Positions 38,401 to 52,261 of a DNA stretch of 64,000 nucleotides are shown piece by piece (positions within the stretch are counted from its first letter, which is position 1; every line of letters starts with the position of its first letter). Below the pieces are notes generated by a model, which saw only the letters and a list, made by a program, of their open reading frames with translations, made no database searches and was not told where the DNA came from. This DNA comes from Amphiscolops sp. MND2022 (taxonomy: Eukaryota). A program made the translations under genes and the position numbers. The stretch is taken from the NCBI GenBank assembly GCA_964187785.1, contig OZ076409.1, forward strand, positions 55,864,001 to 55,928,000, given 5' to 3'.

Positions 38401-41400
38401 AACAACGTTTTTTGACCCGTATCATAAATCTGGGTCAGTTTGCTTTTGCTGTGATCGGAGTAGCAAAAGAATTTCATCCAATACTACAGATATCTCAAAA
38501 TTTTCAACAGTTTCAAGAAAATGGTCAGCAGTTTTCAGTTTCAAGACACTAGTTTCCATTCATGAATTTTCATTCATGCGAAAGTTGGAAGTCACTTTCA
38601 ACAATTATTTTCCGTCAGAAATTTATATGGAAAAGGAAAATATTTGAATCAGCTGCGATTTTGTTTTCACAAAATGTCCCAAATTTATACGGAGGTTAAA
38701 AAGTTCCACCCATAGAATTCAACGGACGTAAATTAAACTTCGAGCAACATGTATTTGTAAAGCTTTTTGGATTTTTTGGTTGACCCCAAGAACCCAATAT
38801 TGACTCAAAATGACCCCAAAATGTACAAAACTTCAAAAAATGTCTAACGTTTTAATGCAATTTTGAAAGAGGACATAAAATACAATGGTGAGAAGTTCAC
38901 CAAGGCAAAGATTCTTTAAAAACTAAATGAAGTTTACTGAAAGAAAAACCCCTCCAATTGACCCAGAAAATGAAAAGTGTCTAAATTCCAAAATTTCATG
39001 TTTCTGAAGTTTTTATGCAACTTTGGTAAATTTTTCGATACACTTCATCGCGTATAAAGTATAAAATGTTCAAGTAGGAAAACGTTCGTTGTCCAGTGGG
39101 AATTTTGAAAAAATGAACGCAGTTATTCCAGAAAAACATGCCTCAAACTGACATCGAAAATGACGAAAATTCCAATTTTCATGATTTTTCTGCAAAATTT
39201 GTCAAACCTTTGACCAATTTTGTGGATTAAAACGTTTTAAACATTCCACACCAAACGCATGCGTTGTCTTACAGCCTTTTCGCGACGTTGCAACAAAACG
39301 ACCGCAAAAGTAAAAAAAAAAACACAAACTTCACACTTTATGACTTTCCTAACGCAATTGTCGTAACATTTTCAAACATTTCGTGAAATAGAACTTGAAA
39401 ATCGCTGCACAACAATCAAAAGCGATGTCCAGTAGACCGTTTAAAAAGACAAATACACTTTTTAGATTGAAATATACATTACTTTGAAACCAAAATGGCG
39501 AAAAATCTAGAAAGGTCCCGAAAAACTTTAGTCCAATTTATGCAAAACTTTCGAAGTTAGAAGGTTCAAAACGTTGCAAGACGAACAAGCAAGCTATACA
39601 GTATGTTTTTTGCAGAGATGGTTGCAGGGTATTGCATGACCACTTCCATTGTGTAGGAAAATAGAAATTTTGAAATTTCTAAAGGTTTTTTTTACAAATT
39701 TTGTGAACGTCTTGAAACATTTTAGGAGGAACAAGGTAAAAACAATAATTGCAGTTGTTCTCCGGTTGGCGTTTTTGAAGAGATTTTTGCAGATTTGTTT
39801 GGAAAAAGTATCAAAAATTTTTCTTACAAAGTGTAACTTTTTGTGAAATTTTGAAAGATTTTGTCTGTGAGAACTTTGAAACATGAAGTTCATAGTCCAG
39901 CAGGGGTTTGAATAAACTTGATGCAAGGTTTCATTACTATAATGCTTCAAGCAATTTGATCCAAAAGGTCAAAAATTCAGAGTTTTCCTGCAAATGCTGT
40001 TTTTCATGCAATTTCTGTACAATTTTTGTAAAATTTTGTGGCTTAAGAACTTCTAAACATTCAAAAACGAACAATCTAGCTATGTTAAATGCCGATTTGG
40101 AGAGAGAGAGACAGTTGCAAAGTTTTTCTTTAAAAACACTTAAACGTGGCCCCGAAGAAATAAAAAAATCCAACTTCATCAATTTATGCAAATTTTGTGA
40201 CTTTTTTGAAACGTTTCCTCTGTTAGAAGGATTCCAATTCTTAACAGAGAGTAAACCTGATATCCATTAGACTTTTTGAACGTCATTTGCTCTTTCGTAT
40301 TTCAGAAAAGCCTTAAAATGACCCAAAACAGTGAGAAGGAATTCAAATTGGGCAATTTTTTGTGACTTTATGATGGCAGTTTGAAGATTCCGTAATTGAA
40401 AAAATTCTAAAAAGCTCTATATGATATGAATAGGGAAAGTGTTTGTTTTTGAAAAATAAAAATGCAGTTTTGTATGCAAAAACGTACATCAGAATGACCC
40501 AAAGCAATGGGAATATCGAAAAACGAGTTTGGAGCTTTTGATGCACTTTTCTGGAAACCTTTCGAGCAATTTGGTGATTGGAACCGTGTGGGCACTCAAC
40601 AACGACTAAAACCTGTATCCATTAGGTTTTTTGGAAAACTATTTGCAGTAACTTGAAAAAAAACCTCACCTCGGAATGACCACTAAAATGAAACAAAATC
40701 AGTTTCAAATGTTTTGACATGTGAGTATAAAATGTATCTGTATTTCAAAAAAAGAGAAAAACTTGAGTGTTTGAAAACTTCTAACAATTAAATTAGTAAT
40801 GCATTGTTATATTAGCAAGATAAATTGTCAGAATTAGTCTCAAGAGTCTAAAACTCCAAAATGTTTGAGTTGGGAATTATTCCATGCACGTTTTCAGAGA
40901 TTATCGAAAAATTCCAGTAGTCAAATTGTTCGAAGACATAGGAACAAAAATTCCAGAAGTCTTTGTTGAATAGAAAACTGCAGACCACAAAAACACACTA
41001 GAAGCCGAACAATTTCCAAAGGACCACTTCTTGGCAAATTCGCTCGTTTTTGTTCATTCAATGATTTTGCAGAACTTCCACTGACCTGAACATTGAAACA
41101 ATATGCAATTGAAAACGCTATTCTTGAGAGAAAGTTGAATGACGTTCCTGAAGAATATTAACACCCAGTCGAACGTATTCGAATTTTTCAAATTCTGACA
41201 CAATTGTCTCAATTTCGGACACTTTGCGACGCTTTTAAATGAGAAAAATTAGCACACTCAGCAAGTAGCTTTCAGTACAGGTTTCACAACACAAACTGGA
41301 CAAAATTGTCATCGAAAACGCCAAAATATTTTTTGAACCTTTTGGCCTAGAATTATTAAATAGGCTCTTGATGAAAGAACAAGTTATACATTGCTTTAAC

Positions 41401-42291
41401 GTGTGAAATAACGCTTTTTAAAGGAAACGTTTGCAGTCTTCTTGGTAGAAAAACAACTAGACCTATAATCCAAAAGTTTCTGACGTTTTTTTGCACGTTT
41501 TTGAAATTTTTGAGCGATTTTGTGCGTTTGATTGGATTAAACTTTCAACAGCGACTGAACTCGGCATCCAGTAGGCGTTTTCGAAGAAGTATTTGCAATT
41601 TCTTGTTCAAGAAATTCCTCAAAAAAACCCAAAGTTGTTAGAAAATATACCAATTTTTTCACATTTCGACGTTTTATGCAAAATTGAAAAACTTTGTATG
41701 TTAGGTACTGGTATCCAAACAGTTCGACAACAAAACAAATAGGTATTTAGTGTGTTCTTGAAGTAAGTTTCATTTTAAAATTGGGATGGCTTTAATCAAA
41801 ATTGTCGAAATTTTTTATTTCAAATTTCTGTTTGTTTTCATATTACAGTGGCTACTCTTGAGCCTGAAAATTATGCCGTTGCTAGAACAGTTTGGACGCA
41901 AAATATCCTCTGCTGGTCAGCGTGCGTCTTGTCAAAAGCAATCATGACTTCCATACTAATCCATCCATGGCTTCATATTGACTCGTATGGATTTCATGTT
42001 GCTTTCAGCCCGATTCTACCAAAAAAGTTTATTCCTCACAATTGCTTCATTAAAAAAACAATTTAGCGGCAAATTTTCTCAACCATTTAAATTTTAATAT
42101 CAGTGATTAGGCTTAAAACTAATAAAAGAATAGATTTTACATGTTATACATTCAGCATTGGCGAATTATGAACAGCTAAAACAGAAATCTTTCATATTTG
42201 CAATCTGAACTTCAACTTTAGTGTTCTAAGGACGTTTTATTCGAAATCAAAAAAACATCAGGATTATTCTGTGAAGGTTTGTGGCACTAAC

Positions 42292-42459
42292 CGAGGGGTT
42301 ATTGATGACTCCGGTGCAGTACCCAAACACGAGTGAAGTGCCACATACTGCACTGGCCGTGGAGAGGGCAAGAGTGCCAGTAACGATCTTGCCTTGTCTG
42401 GGTTGACCGGACAATGAACTGACTCGACCTTCGTTGTTGAACGTGTCCATGAGCCTCAT
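42292..42459 (-). CDS. SLC2A: SLC2A/GLUT gene A, coding exon 1
   Basis: MRLMDTFNNEGRV...TGTLALSTASAVCGTSLVFGYCTGVINNPS|GTTAGT; phase 0. Confidence 0.9.
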
Positions 42460-43083
42460 ACAGCACTCAACCAGGGCAAAAGATCAAGTCACTGGATACT
42501 TTTCCTCGTTTACTTCTCGCAATAGGAACCCTGCAATAAACTCTATATGGATGGGCAGTGGTACGATTTTGTACCAGTTAGTTTCTGCAAACTTCTGAAG
42601 GCACCAGTTGGCCATGTGGTAAAGAAAACTCTTGAATAAGATTTTCAGACCATTTTACATAGCATTGCACGCCTTTTCGCGGAAAAAATTGAGCGCAGAT
42701 TTTCGGTTTTTCTCGTTTCCGTTTGTGGCCACTTTATCCCACTGGTATCAACATTGAGTCCAAGCGAAACATGCTGAAATGCACTCAAAGACATGAGGTG
42801 TGCAATGTTTTGGCGCAAAGTCCGGAGCGAAGCCCAGCAGTTCGAAAATCAATTTGAAATCCCTGATTGTCTTCTTTCGAACGCTCAATAAATCATTTGT
42901 CGGACTCGAATAGTTTGGAAGATGTTGTGGTTTGAAGTTGAAGCACCAGATTTTTGGTGTATCCGAAAATTCCCCCGTCCATTCAGGGTTAAACATTCAA
43001 TGTTTTATTGCAAAAACAATGTACGATATGATACAGCCGATCATTAGCGCGATTAAGAAAGTCGATATAGTGAGAGTCTTAAT

Positions 43084-43514
43084 CAGGGGCACTGCAAAAT
43101 TAATTGCCATAATATTCCCTAGCTTCCATAAATAATTTTCTTGGATGAAAGCTGTCCATAAATTATTTCCATAATCTCAAAAAAATAAACAATAGCAATT
43201 ATTTTTTGAATTACAAGAAATAATACACAAGACAGAACAAGGAGACAAAAAAGTACATGTACAATTATACTAGCGTAGAAATTAACTCAGCGTCCCAAAA
43301 AAATTGTTGACGATTAGAAAAAGTTCGGCTTCAAGGTGCACGGGCGACAACGTTTGACAACTGACCGCTAACAGCCAGACTGGTGCTGTGAAAATATTGG
43401 CTGCCATAATTATCAGAAATCCTTAAATCATGGCCCTATAGTATATTCTTTTGTTCAAAAATAAATTATTTATGGCCATAATTTCCATAATGAATTATTT
43501 TTGCGGTACCCCTG
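43084..43514. mobile_element. hAT-type MITE (431 bp)
   Basis: Imperfect TIRs CAGGGGCACTGCAAAA / TTTTGCGGTACCCCTG. Perfect 8-bp TSD GTCTTAAT at 43076-43083 and 43515-43522. Confidence 0.85.
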
Positions 43515-43827
43515 GTCTTAATGTGCTGGAATGATGAAACAATCGTCATTTTGATCAAAAACGAAGTTTTTGTCTATGCAAAGATATTGGCAAATTGAAC
43601 CACTGATCAGAATCGCCTTTTTTCAATTTGAACTAGAAGTTTCTAAAAATTGGTACATACCCTTGGTTCTTTTTGGGGAAAAGCTATGAAATAAAAATAA
43701 GCTGTGGCTTCAGTGAAAACGGAGTTATTGTTTTGCACTCATTCTGTAGGAGCATCATTTGTCATGCTATCAATGTAATGGTGTATGCTTTGTGTTTCTG
43801 AACGTGACTGTTGGTATTATACCATAC

Positions 43828-44031
43828 GGAGGTGGTGCAGCAGGCCGACACGCCATCAAACCGACGCGTCAACAATCCGACAGATTATAATAGCTAGTGA
43901 AAACAATTGCACAATCCATTCAAGTTTGCTTGCAATGAACACTTTTGGACCAATCAGATAATTCGTGTCGGCTTCTTGACTCAGTTTTCAATTGTCGGTT
44001 TGATGGCGTGTCGGCTTGCTGCGCGCGTCCC
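43828..44031. mobile_element. MULE-like MITE (204 bp)
   Basis: Inverted arms GCAGCAGGCCGACACGCCATCAAACCGAC / GTCGGTTTGATGGCGTGTCGGCTTGCTGC. 9-bp TSD ATACCATAC at 43819-43827 and 44032-44040. Confidence 0.8.
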
Positions 44032-44275
44032 ATACCATACACTGCTATGAAGCACGGCAATAAAACACTGCAAACGTCATTATTTGCAGAATGTATTTAG
44101 TACGGAGAGATGTGCTTAAATTTGTGCGATGAGAAAAATATGCACAATTTGTAAGGCGAATCGAAGCGCATTTGCATCCAAATGCTTTATATATAGATTC
44201 AAAACACGTCTGCATTTCAATCACTCGGCCGTTGAGTCGTGTAGCTGATTGTCATGTAGCGGCACGTCACTTCGC

Positions 44276-44412
44276 AGCACTGCTTCCTTGGAATTACGAG
44301 TGTCCCGTTAAGTGACAGAGGCGAATAAAATATATATTCATTTTGATGGTATATATATTTTATTCGCCTCTGTCACTTAACGGGACACTCGTAATTCCAA
44401 GGAAGCAGTGCT
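44276..44412. repeat. Perfect inverted repeat, 62-bp arms with a 13-nt loop
   Basis: 44276-44337 is the exact reverse complement of 44351-44412. Confidence 0.95.
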
Positions 44413-47210
44413 ATATAGCACCAAATTAACGATTATTCACGTTTTAATCTGACGAAAATTTAACCTAAACTTTCTACTGTAAGATTTGTGCTATAAAAAT
44501 TTTGACATAGAAAAAATAAAAGTTACCTTCGAAACAAAGATGATAACCCAATCAGAGCAAATGAGCAAAACTCCTCAACGAGCGAGCAACTCAGCTATAT
44601 AATATATTAGAATTGTAAGAGAATTGAGTAAGTTCAGACTTCGTTTCAACAAATAATTGCTGAAGGAATTGAATATGAAAGGAAAATTGATCTGCCAACC
44701 AACTAAACACCTGAGTTTTTCTGCGTCCAATAATTGGTGAATTATCAATGGTTAATGATAAATCTTCATGATGGATCAAATACATTGACCACGTAAAGCA
44801 AAATGATTTTGATAGTTTCACCTTTTCAGGTAGAACCTTTCTTATAAGCGCTTGTATCTAAGTTGAATCTTATGTACTATCTTCAAACTCGTTTGAGAGG
44901 TTATTCATTGTTTGTCCTCGACCAATGAGCCCTTGTTTAGAATGATTTTCTCGAATGAAAATAGTATGAGCAAGAGATCCATTTCATGAGATATTCGATC
45001 AAATTTGTAAATATTTGAAACAACGCTTTTGAAAGAACAATTCGACTCAAAACAATTTCTGCTTTGAAAGACCAATAGAGATGCTCGTACAATCAATCAA
45101 CTTCTTGGACAATCAAACAAAACTTTGAATCTCATATATCGTTTTCAAAAGCTGAGATAGTAGTAAAAATCTTGAAATATGTTGAAATATGTGGCACGGT
45201 TATTGCACTTTCTAACACGGTCATTTCACTGGGAAAGCTCATAAGCTAGACTGAATATGTAAATCCGACAGCAGTTATGGAGATTGTACGGCTCCAATGT
45301 TACGTAGCTAACAGTCAGTGGTGACTACGGTGCATGAATTTTCCTGCTACCGTAGCTGCACCGTGTAAAGGCAGCGTAGCTACGTTGCAAGGAAACGGTT
45401 GCAACAATTGGGAAATGATAAATTAACAGCGCTATTGCTGGAGTCCACGCCTGAGATTGTATTTGTTGGAAAAAATATTACTAAGGGTTGCATTTTGTTA
45501 CAATTGGGCAGCAAAAACTGTTGGTATGACCATTAACGAGCAAGGCGAAATTTCGAGTAACTTCAGCACACATTAAAAAGAAACTGTGAAGTCGCTTTCT
45601 GCACCTATTTACTGCAATTTTACATGAAAATTAGACAGCCAAATCATCAAACTCTCCAATCTCAGTCATTTATCAAAAAATCCTATATCTCTTGTTACCT
45701 GATTTTTTGCATGAATTGTTCTAAATTTTTGGTGAATCAATAGAGCTGCAAAAAACTGAAAATGACTTTTAGTTTTTGAAACGAGAAAATTGAGGGTGCA
45801 TGCATTGAGATTTGGAAAAATCTGAAAACACGTCAATGTGCTTTAAAAAAATCCGTGCAGCCTACAGAATTTTTGAAGAAATATCACGCAATGAATGAAC
45901 AAATTTTCAGGAGAAAATGTTTTAATTTTAACAGAATTCCCTGCAAAAACTACTCAAACAGTTGAAACTTCAAATAAAGCTTAAAAAACTCAAATGAAAA
46001 AGCTGAAATTAAACGATGTCAGAACTACAATCTCATCAACAAAAATTCATCTGATTAAAACCATCAAAAGCATTTTACAACAATAATTAAAACACAATCT
46101 AGCATCCACAAAACGAGAGTCGTTAAACTCTTATGAAGTCCTCGGCAGACAAAACTAGCTTAGCTTCTGAGTATCATCCATGCTGCTTCCATCCAATGTG
46201 AAGAGACAGCAACTCTTCAAGATGACCTGAAACAATCTAAAGACAACCAAAGGAATATCGTAAAGTAAGAACTGTGCCGCAAAAAAGTAAAAAAAAAACG
46301 CTATGCTTATTAATCGTTTGAGAGAGTTGAGAGAGTATGACAGAAACAGAGGAAGATGATCGAAATATACAAAAGAGGGAGAACTACAGGAAAAAGACTG
46401 CGATTACTTTGAAAAACAAGGCGTCTAAAATCCTACCCTCTGGTGAAAAGAAAGATTTTGGAAGCAAAATCCCACAGTGCCGAAACATATATCGGTAGGC
46501 ATCAAACTGACGTCTGCCTGCATGGGAAGCGTGCATCCTAACTACTGGCGACATGAACAAAGTGTGCTGAAAAGTGGACCATTTGCATACCATTCTGTGA
46601 GTAAACGTAAACAAACTAGTCGTTGTAATCGTAGTGCACATAACTCTTCATTCCATGTGATACAGTATTTTAAGCTTTATAACCAATAATTTTTGCTCAA
46701 ACAAATAAGCTCGCAAATGCCTCCAACTCCTTGATGTTGATCTGAAAACGCGCCAAGTTGTAAAGAAATTCTAATAAATACATGAAAAAGCATTGCATCA
46801 GCGGAATATTTAGCGGTATTGTTTTTCTATGCATTTCCCAAAATTATGCCAAAACTGCTTGGTAGCCCATAAAACCATGTAGAAGGTTCAAGCATTTTCA
46901 ACTAGGGTTAGAGCCTACATCAAGTAAATCAATAAGTTTGCATCCTCAGACACTTAAAAAAACAAACGACTGGGCTTAGCAAGGTTTTAGTCATCCCATT
47001 TAGGTGTTTGATGTTGACAACAATTACAACACTGTAACAAGAGGCGCAGTGACACTGCGATATTTCTGGTAAGATATTACAAGACGCCTGCAAAAAATAA
47101 CTCTTTCTAGAGTCATTTCTTGACAAAGTGAAATATATAACCAAAATTTACAAACTGAAAATTTCCCTACACATGTGTAACCTACTTCATACATGTTTGC
47201 TTGGGGTACG

Positions 47211-47326
47211 GAAAACTCAACACATGAAAATCAACACAAGAAAACTCAACGCAGAAAACTCAACACATGAAAACTCAACACAAGAAAACTCAACACAGAA
47301 AACTCAACACAGAAAACTCCACACAA
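47211..47326. repeat. 14-15-bp minisatellite (GAAAACTCAACACA) x8; duplicate at about 51494-51610
   Basis: Direct inspection. It follows GGGGTACG and may be the subterminal region of a DNA transposon into which element B inserted. Confidence 0.85.
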
Positions 47327-47410
47327 CTAATTAATTTCAGTTAACACCTCAATTGAGTCTAATTTCTGGATTAAACAATTCCTTAAATGCCTGCCGTAAA
47401 GAATTGTATA

Positions 47411-47977
47411 TGTGATAATCCTCTTGTGTGCGGTCCTCATTTATGACCACAGAGTCATTTAGATCAATGTTTTGCATGCTCAAAGGTTGTATTGGCGTTC
47501 TAAGTTCGTTTAAATTAGATGGCCTGAAAGGATTATCCCTTATCTCACCTTCTTGATTTTCTGGCTCAGATGCGTTTTCTTCACCGTCGTCATTACTTGC
47601 GTATTTTGAAGTTCCTGCTCTGGGGGTGTTTTGTTCTCGATATCGTCTGTTTGGTACAGATTGTGTTCTTCTGTTTTTTTTCATCTCTTTAAATATTTTC
47701 TCTAGTTTCTCATCCATTTCTTTTCTCAAGTTTGCTACTTCCTTGTTCGTTTTATCTGATATTCTTCGGGTCCAAATTTGCATTTCATTTTCATTCTGTG
47801 TTCCACTGTCTAGAGCTATTTCTTCGTGCCTAACTGAACTAACATTTTCAAAGTTACTTAAAAATTCGATAACAGTTTCATTACCTTGTGATGTTTCTAT
47901 TTCGGATGTGCTCAACTCTCTCTCTCAAGCGAGGGTGATTGTCCTCGTCTAGATCTTCTATTTCTCTTGTTACCCAT
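47411..47977 (-). pseudogene. Duplicated copy of the LTR-embedded gag-like N-terminus of element B
   Basis: Same peptide as 51695-52261. Confidence 0.55.
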
Positions 47978-48902
47978 TTTGTCAGATTAAAATAATGTTT
48001 TGGAGAGAAGAATTTCAATTAGAATGATGAGCAAAGTAAAATTGGGTTGAAATAAAGTTGAAGAAAATATGCATTTTGTCAAGTTATCAAAGTTGGAACA
48101 AAGGTTGTGAGGGTGAAAAGAAAGGTCTGATCAGTCTGAAAGTTTTCTGTTGAATGAATATTGTTGGGTTCCTTACTCTCCTTTTTGGTTCGGGCTAAAT
48201 GTAGCTGCATGACAACCAATTTTTGGAATGTCATGGTTACATCACGGTTATGTAATTACTAAAAATAGTACCCAATCTGATATAAAATTAGGTTTGTAAG
48301 TTACATCGCTTCTATAAATAGATTCCTGCATGACGAATATTTTTCTGCGTTTTGATTGGTCATCACACTAACTGCAACAATCCGTTCATCGTTAATGAAA
48401 AAATGTGGCAACACCTAGCATGACTCAAATGTAATGCAAGTATTAATTTCAACATAGAGTAGCACGTAAGATTAAGTCAACGTAATGAGTCATACATCTA
48501 AAAGATATAGTTGAAGAGTTGAAAAATGCGATGTTGTACTGCAGTATGCTGCAAACTTTGTGCGGCAGAATAATCCAAATATTAAAGTCCTTACGTATTA
48601 ATGCATCATACAAATCATGTATAATTCATTCATTTCACTACAAATTGTGTTGAGCGGTATTATTCATCAAATATGTTAACACCTTGCAACATTTAGTGAA
48701 TTGTTTATGAATGGATATTCAAAAACAAGTATTTCACAAGTATTTCATAAACAAATATTTCACAAGTACAGTTAACTAGAATAGAAAACAAATTCAAATA
48801 ATGCTGGTGTATAAAAGTCATATATGAATACATGTAAAACAAGTTTCAAGAAGTGATGAATTTTCTCCAGTTTGAACTAGTAGCTGGGCGAGTCATTTGC
48901 CT

Positions 48903-50048
48903 CTATCGCTGCTCTACGGGTCCAACACAAGCTCTAGGCTGCGACAGGCCAGCATTTTTGAAGCAAATGAGTGCAGCCTCGAACCCATTTAGATAAGCTC
49001 GTGACCTGATGTTCCGATCTCGCACTGTTTTGCCGGGGAATTCCGTGGCAGTAGCATAGGCTGCCAGCGCATCTAGGGCGACTTCATCGTAAGTCCTGCC
49101 ACACCAATGACAGTTTCCTTGCACGTGTGGCATAACCGGAGTGTTAAGTTGCCTTCGTGGAGGGTTTCTTTGTTGCTGACTAGTGCTGTCACCGTGTACA
49201 GGACCCACATTGGTCGTTTCCAAGTTGCTATGTGTTCCCTGGGTGTCAAGATACAACTGCCCTCGGCGTTATAATAGTAAGCAACAGTTCCAGGCCCATT
49301 GGGTTGTAGTGTTTCTGCATTTAATTTGTATGGGATTTGTGCTATGTCAAGGGTAGCTGGATTTGGTAATTGAAATTGCGCAGCTGGCATATCATACTGG
49401 TTTATTACCGGCGTCTGCAATATTCTTTCCCCATTATACATACGAGCATAATTAGGTTGCGGAATCTCTTGTGGGATTACCACTGGAGCAATGGGTACAG
49501 GTCTTATTGGCCCATTTTTTTGGGTGAAAGCAGGGAGGTTGTTGTTGCCAGTATCAGGTTGTGAAAGCCTTTGCCTCGATAACCTCTCAGCTTTTATAGG
49601 TGGAACAGCTAGTACGGGTCTGCCATAATTGTTCCTAGGGACATTCGCGAAGTTGGCATTTAACAACAGTTCTTCGCTATTGCTTCCGTTTGATTCAAAA
49701 AATGAGATTGGCGAGATATTAGGCAGTTCGGTGTTCTCAGAAATCATACTCAGCATTTCTCTCTATATCGGTCCCTGTTATGTCAATTACAGAATTTTCT
49801 CTAGTTTCGGGCTCACTTACTGCAAATAGTCTGGCAGCGTTTTCATTTACGAATGCAGTCATAGGGTCGTTAATTGGCCCTCCGATTCTGAATCTTAAGT
49901 CTATAGGTTCCGAATTATGTTGTTCAGTCAGAAATTCTTCCCCAGAATCGCTCGAGATGTTTATAAGTCCGGGGGAGTTTGTCGAGACAGATTGCATATC
50001 TTCATCAATTGTGAAGAGGTGAGGATTTTTTGAAGGTCTGTTGTCCAT
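48903..50048 (-). CDS. Duplicated copy of the sense accessory ORF cluster of element B (three overlapping ORFs, last with a CxxCGR domain)
   Basis: ORFs 49737..50048, 49073..49756 and 48903..49256 mirror 54021..54332, 53357..54040 and 53187..53540. Confidence 0.55.
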
Positions 50049-51694
50049 TTAAGATTGAGATTATCAACTGGTCTGTTTCGCGAATATTTGCCGAATAAAA
50101 ATCTCCCACTTCTTTTCAGTCGATGGGCATTTCAACGGGTTTCCCAAATACGGTAGGTAGTTTGTCGAGTCATCTTCTTCTTTGTTTACCATTTTCCCGG
50201 TAATTTTCAGGGTAAGCGTTAGGTTGTGTTTCAACTTTATTTAAATAGCTCCATAACAAAATGAAATTTGTCCTCACAATTTCCATATATGGTAGATAGA
50301 GGTGTTAATTCTTCATTCAAGATCACAGAGACACTATAATCACTTGTAAACAAATCTAAATGAAAATTAGCATGATGAATTTAACAACCAATTTTTATTT
50401 TTTGAATTTTGCATATTTCATGAAATCTTACATGTGATTTTAATTGGAATTAATAACATCAACAGGACTGCTTCCATCCAATGTGAAGAGACAGCAACTC
50501 TTCCAGATGACCTGAAACAATCTAAAGACAACCAAAGGAATATCGTAAAGTAAGAACTGTGCCGCAAAAAGTACCGAAAAAACTATTCTTATTAATCGTT
50601 TGAGAGAGTATGACAGAATCAGAGGGAGAGGAAGAATGATCGAAATATACAAAAGAGGGAGAACTACAGGGAAAAGACTGCCATTACTTTGAAAAACAAG
50701 ACGTCTGAAATCCTACCCTCCGGTGAAAAGAAAGATTTTGAAAGGAAAATCCCAGAGTGCCGAAACATATCTCCGTAGGCATCGAACCGACGTCTGCCTG
50801 CATGGGAAGCGTGCATCCTAACTACTGGCGACATGAACAAAGTGTGCTGAAAAGTGGACCGTTTGCATACCATTCTGTGAGTGAACGTAAACAAACTAGT
50901 CGTTGTAATCGTAGGGCACTTTTCTCTTCATTCCATGTGATACAGTATTTTAAGCATTATAACCAATAGTTTTTGCTCAAACAAATAAGCTCGCAAATGC
51001 CTCCAACACCTTGATGTTGATCTGAAAACGCGCCAAGTTGTAAAGAAATTCTAATAAATACATGAAAAAGCATTGCATCAGCGAAATATTTAGCGGTATT
51101 GTTTTTCTATGCATTTCCCAAAATTATGCCAAAACTGCTTGGTAGCCCATAAAACCATGTAGAAGGTTCAAGCATTTTCAACTAGGGTTAGAGCCTACAT
51201 CAAGTAAATCAATAAATTTGCATCCTCAGACACTTAAAAAAAAAACAAACGACTGGGCTTTGCAAGGTTTTAGTCATCCCATTTAGGTGTTTGATGTTGA
51301 CAACAATTACAACACTGTAACAAGAGGCGCAGTGACACTGCGATATTTCTGGTAAGATATTACAAGACGCCTGCAAAAAATAATTCTTTCTAGAGTCATT
51401 TCTTGACAAAGTGAAATATATAACCAAAATTTACAAACTGAAAATTTCCCTACACATGTGTAACCTACTTCATACATGTTTGCTTGGGGTACGGAAAACT
51501 CAACACATGAAAACTCAACACAAGAAAACTCAACGCAGAAAACTCAACACATGAAAACTCAACACAAGAAAACTCAACACAGAAAACTCAACACAGAAAA
51601 CTCCACACAACTAATTAATTTCAGTTAACACCTCAATTGAGTCTAATTTCTGGATTAAACAATTCCTTAAATGCCTGCCGTAAAGAATTGTATA

Positions 51695-52261
51695 TGTGAT
51701 AATCCTCTTGTGTGCGGTCCTCATTTATGACCACAGAGTCATTTAGAGCAATGTTTTGCATGCTCAAAGGTTGTATTGGCGTTCTAAGTTCGTTTAAATT
51801 AGATGGCCTGAAAGGATTATCCCGTATCTCACCTTCTTGATTTTCTGGCTCAGATGCGTTTTCTTCACCGTCGTCATTACTTGCGTATTTTGAAGTTCCT
51901 GCTCTGGGGGTGTTTTGTTCTCGATATCGTCTGTTTGGTACAGATTGTGTTCTTCTGTTATTTTTCATCTCTTTAAATATTTTCTCTAGTTTCTCATCCA
52001 TTTCTTTTCTCAAGTTTGCTACTTCCTTGTTCGTTTTATCTGATATTCTTCGGGTCCAAATTTGCATTTCATTTTCATTCTGTGTTCCACTGTCTAGAGC
52101 TATTTCTTCGTCCCTAACTGAACTAACATTTTCAAAGTTACTTAAAAATTCGATAACAGTTTCATTACCTTGTGATGTTTCTATTTCGGATGTGCTCAAC
52201 TCTCTCTCTCAAGCGAGGGTGATTGTCCTCGTCTAGATCTTCTATTTCTCTTGTTACCCAT
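51695..52261 (-). pseudogene. gag-like N-terminal ORF inside the putative 3' LTR of element B
   Basis: ATG at 52261: MGNKRNRRSRRGQSPSLERE, then a 2-nt slip in a (GA)n run, then LSTSEIETSQ..., a coiled-coil segment, and EDRTQEDYH ending at the CA terminus. Same position as the 8627 ORF in element A. Confidence 0.55.

Noticed and set aside
41848..42066. ORF starting MATLE, like GLUT gene B exon 1
   Set aside because: GTG start on the opposite strand, and similarity ends after five residues; coincidental.
47211..47326. Short repeat array as a possible CRISPR
   Set aside because: Units are contiguous with no unique spacers, there are no cas genes, and the context is eukaryotic.
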